From Octopus vulgaris (taxonomy: Eukaryota), in the NCBI GenBank assembly GCA_951406725.2, contig OX597818.1:65472001-65536000 (forward strand): a stretch of DNA of 64,000 bases, written 5' to 3'. This document shows, one piece after another, positions 53,601 through 64,000 of this stretch. The stretch's first letter is position 1; every line of letters starts with the position of its first letter. A model generated the notes under the pieces. It searched no databases. It saw only the letters and a program-made list of their open reading frames with translations, and was not told the origin of the DNA. The position numbers were made by a program, and so were the translations under genes.

Positions 53601-55176
53601 TATTGTAAGGAATTCTTTCTTTCTCCGTATATGTTTCTTTTACGAACGACTAAATTTTGCTTTAAATTACTCTCTCATTGTGTTGCTAAATCCTTACGTG
53701 TGTGTGTGTATGTGCGGGTTTGTGTAGAAGTATTTTTCTTTTCCTGTTTCCTTCCATCTCGTACACCAACTGACAGTTCTTGTTTGCTGTTTATAAGGAT
53801 ATTTTGTAGCAAAGTAATGTTATCTATTATTGCGCATTAGTGTAAATGTTAATGCTGAGCGGGATTTTAACAAGATACAAGTGTTTGTAATAATATCGCT
53901 TATGGCGGAAATATTTCAATTTCAACCAATTGACGGCAATCCATACAATAAAAATACAAAATAGAGAATTATTTTTCTTCATTTTTTTTGTGTGCTCTAG
54001 GGTAATGATGAAGCGATTCTCAAACTATTTTATTTTGAGAAATAACAATCCTGATGATGTAGAGGGAAACATTTCTATCTAGGATTAGAATCTGAAAACA
54101 TCAACAGAAATCTACTGCAAAGAAACGGTTACAAAACATAACTACGAGTTAAACATTGTGGCCGATGTAATCGACTTCACTACCCCAACCGAAACTGCTC
54201 TTCTCATACCAATATCTAAGAGTGAGTGTTCTCATGGTAATTAAATTATTTCTTGGACTGTGTATGAACTGTTACAAGGATTTCAGTTTATTCACATCGT
54301 CACTGCCAAACACCTACCGCTCCACTTTACATTATATTTCTGCATTATTTATTAAAATTTTGAAGTTTTAATCAACAGTAAATCCTTCAACACTATTCAG
54401 AATACCAATACTGATAATGTTGAAAATAATGCCCCTACAAACAGGTACACATAATCATATTCCAAACAAACGAGACAATAGGTTGAGGCTGCTTCATTTA
54501 TAGCTACGGCAATTTTATTTAGAGTATTCCTTGGTTTAATAGAAGACTATGCACTCTGGCATAGCATTTCAGGTTCACATAACAAGCAAAAAGAAGGAAA
54601 AGGAATCCGTTAAGTAGGAAAATAATTATATAAAAAAAAACATTGAGAGTTATGAAAATATCGTAGTGAATAATACCGTTGTAATAGAAGCGAATAGGAT
54701 CTGAAAATTTTCCAACTGATGAGGTCGAATTCGGCAGCAAATACGTTAAACGATATTTATTTTGACTTGGAATTCGATTATAACTGTTCTGCTATGATGG
54801 ATGTTAGAGAAAGTTTAATAGTTGCAGCTCATACCAATTTTACACCCCAAATATTCACAGTTTACGGATTATTTTTTTCCCTGCTTCTGCACAACATAGT
54901 GTTACATGAATGAATGCATTTACATATGTGAGTGTGTGTGTGTGTATGTATGTATATATACACGCAGATATTATGTATGTATATATATATACATGCAAAT
55001 ATGTATGTGTGAATGAATGTGTGTATACTTACGAACAGACGTACACTCACATGTATACATGCATACTTCTATATATACACACACATTTAGATACATATAC
55101 ATATATGTATAGATACATGTATATATACGTAAGCATATATGTTTGTGTGTATATGTATATATATTTACACACACTC

Positions 55177-55207
<31 letters not shown>

Positions 55208-55907
55208 TATATATTTATATACATATATATGTATATGTAAAATTTACGTGTGTACACAGAAACACATATATTATGAGTGTATATGTATGTGTGTGAAACA
55301 CACATATGTATGTCTATATAGATGCATATATTCATACGGAGAGTGTGACACAATAAGAGAGAAAAAGAAAGACATAGAGAAGGAGAGACGTCAGTTACGT
55401 CTATAAAATAAAACAAAAAATCTCACATTTCAAAAAACCAGAAAATCGGTTTTCTTTTGCAGGGTAAATATGTTTACTGTAAAATTCGAGGGAAAAAAAC
55501 CGCCTATTTGCGAAGGTAGTTGCCCTTGCCATTATTAATGGTATTTTTTATAGTGTAAATTTTTATTCTGTTTACTTTAGTTTTGTTATTTTTCTGGTAA
55601 AATGGAAATGAATTGAACGAAAACATCGAGTGTCTCACTGTGCACTAGTATAGAATTTGATATTGGCTTGCTGTAAAATAACGAAGAAAAAAACAGGAAA
55701 TTTTGCTGTTGGGCAATAATATTGAGCGAGAAATTCAACCTAATATTGCGTTAACAAGTAAAACGAAAACGAGTTAAGATAAAAAATATACATACATATA
55801 CGTACACATATAATGCGTATGTACACATAGAATCATATATATACATATACATATATGTGTGTGTATATATATATATGTACACACACACACATACACATAT
55901 ATGTATG

Positions 55908-55939
<32 letters not shown>

Positions 55940-56017
55940 CATATGTAAGTTTTACATACGTAACAATATATACACACACAAACACACAAACACGCATATA
56001 TATATATCTATCTATCT

Positions 56018-56079
<62 letters not shown>

Positions 56080-57154
56080 CACACACCAAACGCACACGTA
56101 CACACATGCACACGCACACACACATATTCATAGGTAATGTGTTGGCAATTTTCACTGAAACATTGAATTGAGCACCAATTTTCCTATTTTGAAGCTCTTC
56201 AAACTCAATGTTGTATGCAATAAAGTGCAGCTTTAATGAGAAGATATCTTTGGCAATATCATTACCATCGACACCATAATCGCCATCTTGTTTTCCCGCC
56301 ACCATATTTATTACCTTCATCTCCAAGAAACACTACCGCTACTTACACCGGAGTTTTAAACATGAATACAGTCACGGGTATTCTTACTGTCATCGTTGTC
56401 ATCACCATCTTCATCATACACATGGTGATAATAATCATCATCGTCATCATCTTTGTTATCACAATCATCATCATCATAACTCCTCAGCATCACATCTATC
56501 ATTCATCATCTACATTACCATCAACATCATCCTCAACTTCATCATCATGCTCATCACCATCATCGTCACAGAATTTCGAGGTTCTTCGGTATGGGAGGCA
56601 ACCGTGCCTGAACAATCTTAAAAATATGGACTTCTAACAAGGAATGCAACTTCGTAGATACACCATCGGATGTACAAGTAGTGTTTAGTAGATTATCAAT
56701 TTAATGTGAACTATGCTTCTTTATGTTTTGTTTAGCCCAGAGTTGACTCTGATCTAGCAAACCCATTGCATAGTTTTGTATTTCTTCCTCAAATACAGGA
56801 AATCTGCGTCTTTCCTTTGATGAAAGGGTGTGTTTTAACAGAGATTTGGCTGGTATTTGAAGTTACCACTGACACGTGTATTTGTGTGTGTGTTTTTTTT
56901 TGTGAGGCAAAAATACTCTTTCTCAGAATATTTTGCACAATAATTGTTTTAGAGGTCTGGACATTTTTCTTACTGCTAACCATTGAACTTCAAGTTACAA
57001 TTATTAGATTAGAATTGGGAGTCAATTAGACTTCATACAGTGTTATCGTATACGCTGGAAATTCAATACGAAGTTTTGATCTCATTATCTTGTGCTTAGT
57101 AATCCATTACCTTAAATTTGGAGCCATTAAGATTTTAAGCATTATTGTATTGGG

Positions 57155-57530
57155 TTTAGTCCTTCGGCTGTCGACAAGTTGGGGTGTCACCTTCAAAAAT
57201 GTAATTGATCATAGTAATTTTAGTGCGTATTCCAATCTGGCATTTATTTAATAGATTTCTTCTTGATGAACTGCTGCCATTGAAACAAAGTGAGACACAC
57301 ACACACACACACATAATAGGTGCAAGAATGAATGTGTGCTTGAGAAGTTTGCTTCCCAAGCACATGGTTCTACTTTAAGTCTGTCTCTCTCTCTATATAT
57401 ATAGTGAAAATTTACAAAAAAGAAGCAAAAGACGAAGACGGGTGTGTAAACAACAAACATGTATTAGTTTCATGCTCGGGAAGTGAGAAAGTCTTTTTAC
57501 ATTTTGAGCCTAATCTCTTGAACGGAAAGA
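57155..57530 (-). mobile_element. SINE family B remnants plus a third copy of the 1340-1558 repeat (57405-57530)
   Basis: The minus strand reads CTTTCCGTTCAAGAGATTAGGCTCAAAATGTAAAAAGACTTTCTC..ACTAATACA..CTTCGTCTTTTG. Confidence 0.55.
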
Positions 57531-57689
57531 CGTAAACTGCAGTGTTATTCATCAGAAAATGACCGGAAATCATATTTATAAAGAAATGTAGTTTACTCCT
57601 AGTGTGCCATTTCTTCCCGTAAGAAAGGAACAAATAATACAATGTGGCAGTAGATCATAACACACGGAATACACTGGGGTGCATTCCAA

Positions 57690-57744
<55 letters not shown>

Positions 57745-58142
57745 AACACTTACACTTATATAATTACATACATATGTGTGCATCTCTCTGTGTATATATG
57801 TATTTAGATATAAATTTGTGTCTAAGTGCTTATGCTTTTGTGTGTGTGTGTGTGAGAGATAGAGAGAGAGAGAAAGAGAAAGACAGAGAGAGCGAGAGAG
57901 AGAGAGAGTTGCAATTCACATGTACTCAGTAGAGTACACTTCAACTACTTTTAACCGAAGTAGCAGTAAAAATGTCACCGAAAATTTGATGTAGAAGTGA
58001 ATAGTGAGGAAGAAAAAAAAACAGTCAAGAATTTCAGTACAACTAAATGAGAAAGTGAGAAAGGATTATTTATACTATGTATATGAAACTATATATGTGT
58101 GCGTGTGTGTGTTTGTGTGTAGGAATGTATCTACATAGTCTT

Positions 58143-58210
<68 letters not shown>

Positions 58211-59274
58211 TAGCTGCATATCTGTATATGTGTATGCGTGTGTGTATGTGTATACGGATATACATACAAGCATACATAAACATACACGCACACATACATA
58301 TATGTAATGCTTTTACATAAGCACTTTTCGCCTATTGCAGTCTTCATTTGTAGAAAGCAATGAATTCTATCGATTATTTTAGGATTCATCTTGAGACACT
58401 GCACTTATTTACCATAAATAGGAAGGTTACCAAAATGTTCCAACCACCCATATTTTAGTATACAGACCCGTTTCACTTACTTTAATTTGAATAATGATTT
58501 ACAGCTTGCTCTGTCTCGCAGACGGTTCAAGAAAATTACTTGAGGAACATAAATATGAACAATGCTGTACCAGTTCCTGACACCTTCATGCATTACATAA
58601 AAATAAGTAATGTTGATACCAATACTGTGTCATCTGACATACTTCCTCTTTCTATGCGCGTTGATATCATAGAAGTTGGGTATTTACGCCTTTCGCTGAG
58701 TGCTGTACTTTCTAATATTTAAAATCATTGAATGATGTTTGCTGCGTTGTATATTTAAAATATATGATAATATCGGTTGGCCATATACTATATGTGAAGA
58801 GTCACATCTTTCTTTCATCTTTATTTATTCCAGTATCAATAAGAAATTTGAAATGTTGATATGCATAAGAGCACACTCTACAACATTAGGTCAATAATGT
58901 GCTTTTTTATGAAGTTAAATGTTATGGCCAGTCATAGAGTTCCCATCGGTTTCGCACTTATAAAGCATAAATGTTCGAAGGTGCATCGTCTCTCTACAAC
59001 GGGAGGGAAACATGCGCCACGGTCACTTAGGTTTTCAGATCAGGAGGAATAAATTGAAAATATTATGCATGAACACTCCAATCGGTCAAAACAATTTGGG
59101 AATGATATAAAGTTTTTTTGACCGATTGGAATGTTTATTTATTATACCTTCCAATATATTTGTCCTTTCGCCATTGGAACCACCTGAACACTTCCGGCTG
59201 CAGTCCTATATTCATTTTTGTTCTTCAGTTTAACGAAATTGCCTTTCGGTTTGATGAAGTTATAAAATTATCCT

Positions 59275-59312
<38 letters not shown>

Positions 59313-59314
<2 letters not shown>

Positions 59315-61176
59315 TGAGAAAGTTGGTGTGTGAAAGCACGTGGTTGAATATATAGAAGATAGTAAAAAGTGAAAAAACTACAGAAAGCTTGTTTTAAAAG
59401 GTTAAAATATATATCTGAGTCATTATGTCAGAAGAATGTTATAAAATTTTTTCATACAGTGACATAGTTTTTGAAGAAATTACCGGTTTCGTGTTAACTT
59501 TTCAAAGTTCTCAAAACATCGTGTTATGTTTTCGTTATGAAGTGCAAAGATGAGTTCCAGGTAGGGGGAGGTAATTAGCGATGTCTGCCGGTATAAGGGA
59601 GATAATCGCTTTATATTTCTTTTCCCTTTTATTTAATGGGGTGAGTTTCTCTGTATAAGAATGGTAGAGTGGTTAAGTTTGGGCTTATATTTTTCAATGA
59701 AGAATGTTTCCTTGTTAAGTCTAATTTGTGTTGGTGTTTCAATAGCACATTGACAAAATGGAAAGATAAAAAATTGTGGTAGTAGTTGCTTTGCGCATTT
59801 CTCAATATGTTCACTAAAGAGTATCATGGGAATGCAATCTGTTGTCGATGCAGAGTGCATCTACGTCTGAGTGATAGTCCCGTGGACCCCACGTAGTTTT
59901 GGTGGCAGCCCGAGCAACGTATGACATAAATTATGTTTTCAGAAGCACAAGTAAAATTAGATTTGATCTTGAATTTTTTTCCCTCTTTGAAGAAGAATTC
60001 TAATCCTTCTAGAAGGTTTGGGCATCTTCCGCAGTTTGGTCTACCACATTTTTTTACTTTTCCATCCGTAATTTCAGAAAACAATTTTGCCTTCGTGAGA
60101 ATCTTTTTAAGTGATTTAGGTTGTTTGTAGCTTTTAATGATATGGTGTATGTTTAGAATTTCCTTTAATTTCGGGTCCTTATGAAGTATTGGTAAATTCT
60201 GGGTGATGATGGTGAAGGCTTCTTTGTTTCTGGGGTTGTATGTGGATATGTAAGGTAGTATTTTCGGGGAAGGTGTGTTGTTGTGTTGAACTTTTCTTAA
60301 AGTTTCTATGTTGATTTCTGTTGCACGTCTGATCCCATCCTCTATGAGTTGAGCTGGGTAGTGTCTGTCAATTAGGATGTTTTTGAGTTCTTGTAGTCTA
60401 AAGTTCCTGGTATTTTGTTCTGACACTATTGTGCATATCCTTCTTGCAAGGTTGAAAGGGATGTTTGTTTTAGTGTGTCTTGGTTGGCATGAATCAAAAA
60501 GTATGTATTGTTTAGCGTCTGTGGCTTTGCAAAAAAATGTCTGTTTCTATTTTAAGGTTACTTTTTTTAAATAGTATATCTAAGAATGGAAGCTCCTTTT
60601 TGTTGTATTCTATTGTGAACTGTATATTTGGGTAGATGCTGTTCAATAGGTTTTTGAATTTTAGGAGTTTATTTGTGTTTTCATTCCAGAGTATAAAACA
60701 ATCGTCCAGGAATCTTTTCCAATTCTTTTTTATGTATTGAGAGAGGGGGTTTCCAAAGGTCGATAAAGATTCCTGGTATACAATTATTTCCATGTAGCCC
60801 ATTGTTAAGTTCGCAATGACTGGTGCTGCCCTTGTACCCATAGCAATTCCGGATTTTTGACGGTAAAATGTATTGTCAAACATGAAGTGGTTATTATGTA
60901 GGATGAATTCAACCGATTTAGTAATGGATTCTTTACTGATCCTTTTGGTATTTCTTCCGGAAATTGATCCAGCCAGAATTGTATTGCCTCTAGAGATTAA
61001 TTCCGAAATTGATTCAATATAGAGATAACGAATTTTAAAGATTCTAACGGCCAGCTTGTCCGACTTCAGTTCTTCGATCTTTGTAGCGAGTAGATTATAT
61101 GTGGAAATTGACGATTTAATAGTCTGTTATCAGCATATTGGCTCTGAAATAATTTTCTTTAGCCTTTACTTATAAG
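59313..61176 (-). mobile_element. 5'-truncated Neptune-type Penelope-like retroelement inserted in (TA)n
   Basis: RT plus GIY-YIG ORF and a ~320-bp 3' terminal region. (TA)n at 59277-59312 and 61177-61263. Confidence 0.9.
59633..60990 (-). pseudogene. Penelope RT plus Cys linker plus GIY-YIG endonuclease (frameshifted)
   Basis: QKSGIAMGTRAAP..ANL, WKRFLDDCF, LPFLDI, NIPFNLARRI, CGRPNCGRC, NIIYVIRCSGCHQNYVGSTG and PKLN. Confidence 0.92.
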
Positions 61177-61264
<88 letters not shown>

Positions 61265-62244
61265 GTGCGAGTGTGTGTGTGTGTTTACATAAATACATAT
61301 ATGACTGCGCACTGGTGTATTTTTCACTTAATATTAATCGTCACGGTGTTTTGTCTCTTCAGGTGTGATGGTCACGTGGTGCTCGAGTCTGTCTTCTGTG
61401 CTATATTTAGTACATCACTAGAAAAGTAAAGTACATAAAACAATAACTCACGTTGGGTCATCCACACACACACACACACACACTCTCATACTGACACACA
61501 CATAGACATACATACATAATTCTAAACATATCTATAACCCAAAAGGACATGTATATGTATGTATGTGTGCGCGCGTTTGTTTGATTGTGTCTGTGTGTGA
61601 TTGTATACATATATAGGCATTTATATCTAGTTATCAATTATGTATTTGAGGACTGATTTTAAGGTAAATTTCCCAAGTGAAGGCACCGGAGTCAAAAGAA
61701 CTCCACTGAATTATATTTGTGCATAACTTGTATACACAAAAAATAAAATAAACTGTTGGGGCAATAAAACCTATAACACAAAAAAAAAAATTGTGTACAA
61801 GCGAAAAATAAATCCGAACAATCTTAGGAAGAATACGAGACACAATACTCCTGGGTATACATGAAACTCTAAAACTGTGAAAAAGAATAGTCATCTCTAA
61901 ATTGGTTCTGAATTATAAACTTCAAGTGTAAAATAAAACAAATACTTTCAGTACAGCATTATGAATAATATAAATATATATGTGTGTGTATAAATATTTA
62001 TGTGCATGTGCGCGCGGATGTAATCATTTTCCGAGTTCCCATGACGCTGTACATGAAAGCTCGGCGCTTTCAGAGTCAATCATTTCTTTATACATGAAAC
62101 GATTGGCACTTCATATGTGCTTAATATACGGGCCCTTGTAATTGTTAACATTTATTTATTGTTTCATCTATCGAAATATATACGTTTATAAATACATACA
62201 CACATACACGTATAGACATATTTCTTCGTCCATATGCATATACG

Positions 62245-62282
<38 letters not shown>

Positions 62283-62305
62283 AACACACACACGCACACA
62301 TACAC

Positions 62306-62374
<69 letters not shown>

Positions 62375-62389
62375 CATACATACCTATAC

Positions 62390-62433
<44 letters not shown>

Positions 62434-62439
<6 letters not shown>

Positions 62440-63060
62440 CATAAATAAGGGCAAACGAAAAACTTTCTAATGCCAAATATGCCGAAAAATTACATAAATT
62501 TAACCTTTAAAGGTATTTTTAATATGCTGGCCATTGATAAATTTTTTTTTCGAAAACTAAAAAAAAAATTTATCCTACATTAGATATAAATTTAAGCGTT
62601 CACTTCCGTACTCTCTCACTCTGTGAGGGCCTCAGTTCAAATTGCATTCGTCTTGAATGCGCTGGAGTACTTCTATTTTGGATGTATTTGGGGTACTTAA
62701 TTGTGCTCATGACTTGGTGTTTGCTTCTTCCATGGGTATGAGTAAGTATCTCATTTATTTCTTTAGCCACATTTATCACTGACGAAGTGAGGGCTCTTAT
62801 GGGCTAGCCCTGAAATCGGTCCGAAATGGTAATAATGGAATTTTTTAGAATTTTCTGTCGACCTTTTTTCGAGTAGCGTGCATATTGTGAAAAACTTATA
62901 TGGTTAATGGAGTATGTCCAATTTTTCGGCATATTTGTCATTAGAAATTTTTTCGTTTGCCCTTATTTATGAATTATATAAATTTAACTTTTAAAGGTTT
63001 TTTTAATATGCTGGCCATTGATAAAATTTTTTTTCGAAAAAGAAAAAAAAATCCTACATT

Positions 63061-63063
<3 letters not shown>
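62434..63063 (+). mobile_element. Penelope-type pLTR structure (inverted piece, direct repeats, hammerhead-like motif) in (TA)n
   Basis: 62434-62491 is the inverse of about 62920-62977. 62494-62587 is repeated directly at 62978-63063. CTGACGA..AGGGCT/AGCCCT-GAAA-TCGG-TC at 62779-62821. Confidence 0.75.
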
Positions 63064-63123
<60 letters not shown>

Positions 63124-63779
63124 AATATATATTCTAAAATAAACACATGTATATAATTATACATATATGAATGTGTTTTTATTCATGTAAATACGCATGT
63201 GTTTGTTTTAACGAAAGATTATCTGCTTTCACAAGTCTTCATTTCATGTAAGTTTCTTTATCCCTTAAAAATACAACACCATTTAAAATATAAGACATGA
63301 TATATTAGCATGTCTGACACAACCAAGAAATGAAGATATTTCATTATTGTCTGCATTTTGGAATCCATAATGGAATTCATCACAGTTATAATTCTGAAAT
63401 ACGTTGTATGCACGTTTGTAGTGTTTGTGTTTGTGTGTGTGTGTGTGTATGCGCGCGTGTGTGTGTGTGTGTGTGTGTGTGTGTCTGTATCTGTGTCTGT
63501 GTGTGTGCCTGCGTGAGTGTGGACGCGTGTGCATGTGTGATTGTGTGCTGTAGTCAAAATTGTACTCGCTTTCCGCCTGAAAATGTGGTATGAATCAACC
63601 ACTATAAAGTCAAACAATCAGTCGTTGTAGAGAGTGAGTTTTTGTAGAGTCGTTGGACGATCTCTCCTATTGGAGACGCTGTCAGTTACATGTTATATAA
63701 CAGTGGCGACCAGAATATTACAGTGGCAAAAATAACATACAAATGGACGGGGGTCTGCATTGTAACAGTTACACATTAA

Positions 63780-63965
63780 ATTTCTGTTCACTGCGGAGGG
63801 TCTTCGCAGAGACGACTGTTTCCTTATTCAAAAACAGTACCACACGGAATAAATCGACATATCCAGGCGAAAATCACAAGACCTCTTTAAAAGCTTAGGT
63901 TTCTCCATAAAGCACACACCATCATAAATCAGCCAACAATCTCAACGTTACTTTTGATTTATAAG
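63780..63965 (+). pseudogene. degenerate Naiad-like Penelope RT fragment
   Basis: GLRRDDCF (cf. GLYRDDGL), DLFKSLGFSI and NNLNVTFDL (cf. VNFLDVTFDL). Confidence 0.55.
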
Positions 63966-64000
63966 GTCTATAAAGTGAATACGGAAAATTTCAGTGTTTA

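Noticed and set aside
59470-59600. Hammerhead in the 3' region of the Neptune element
   Set aside because: GAAACCGGTA and a helix II-like hairpin are present on the minus strand, but no CTGANGA strand is visible, so it was not called.

Overview
This is a very AT-rich, microsatellite-dense eukaryotic region, either intergenic or intronic. It is most likely cephalopod (Octopus-like), judging by the repeat families and an invertebrate mitochondrial insert. No host protein-coding gene can be called with confidence, and most ORFs in the track are translations of (TA)n, (TAA)n, (TACA)n or (CA)n repeats. The main element is a nearly full-length R4/Dong-clade non-LTR retrotransposon (RT, CCHC finger, restriction-like endonuclease) ending in (TAA)n at about 26.8-31 kb. 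There are many decayed Dong-like copies, including a set associated with (TACA)n. Penelope-like elements of at least two types (Neptune-like and Naiad-like) occur, along with many short fold-back or pseudo-LTR remnants in (TA)n that carry minimal hammerhead-ribozyme motifs. Other content: several tRNA-derived SINE families (one with 1, 2 or 3 internal tandem units), an RTE fragment, TA-target DNA transposons, and a rearranged NUMT (ND5-ND4-trnH-ND5). The most unusual item is a tRNA-headed SINE-like element whose 3' end is a Penelope-type hammerhead ribozyme (11899-12223). All calls were made by eye, so boundaries are approximate.
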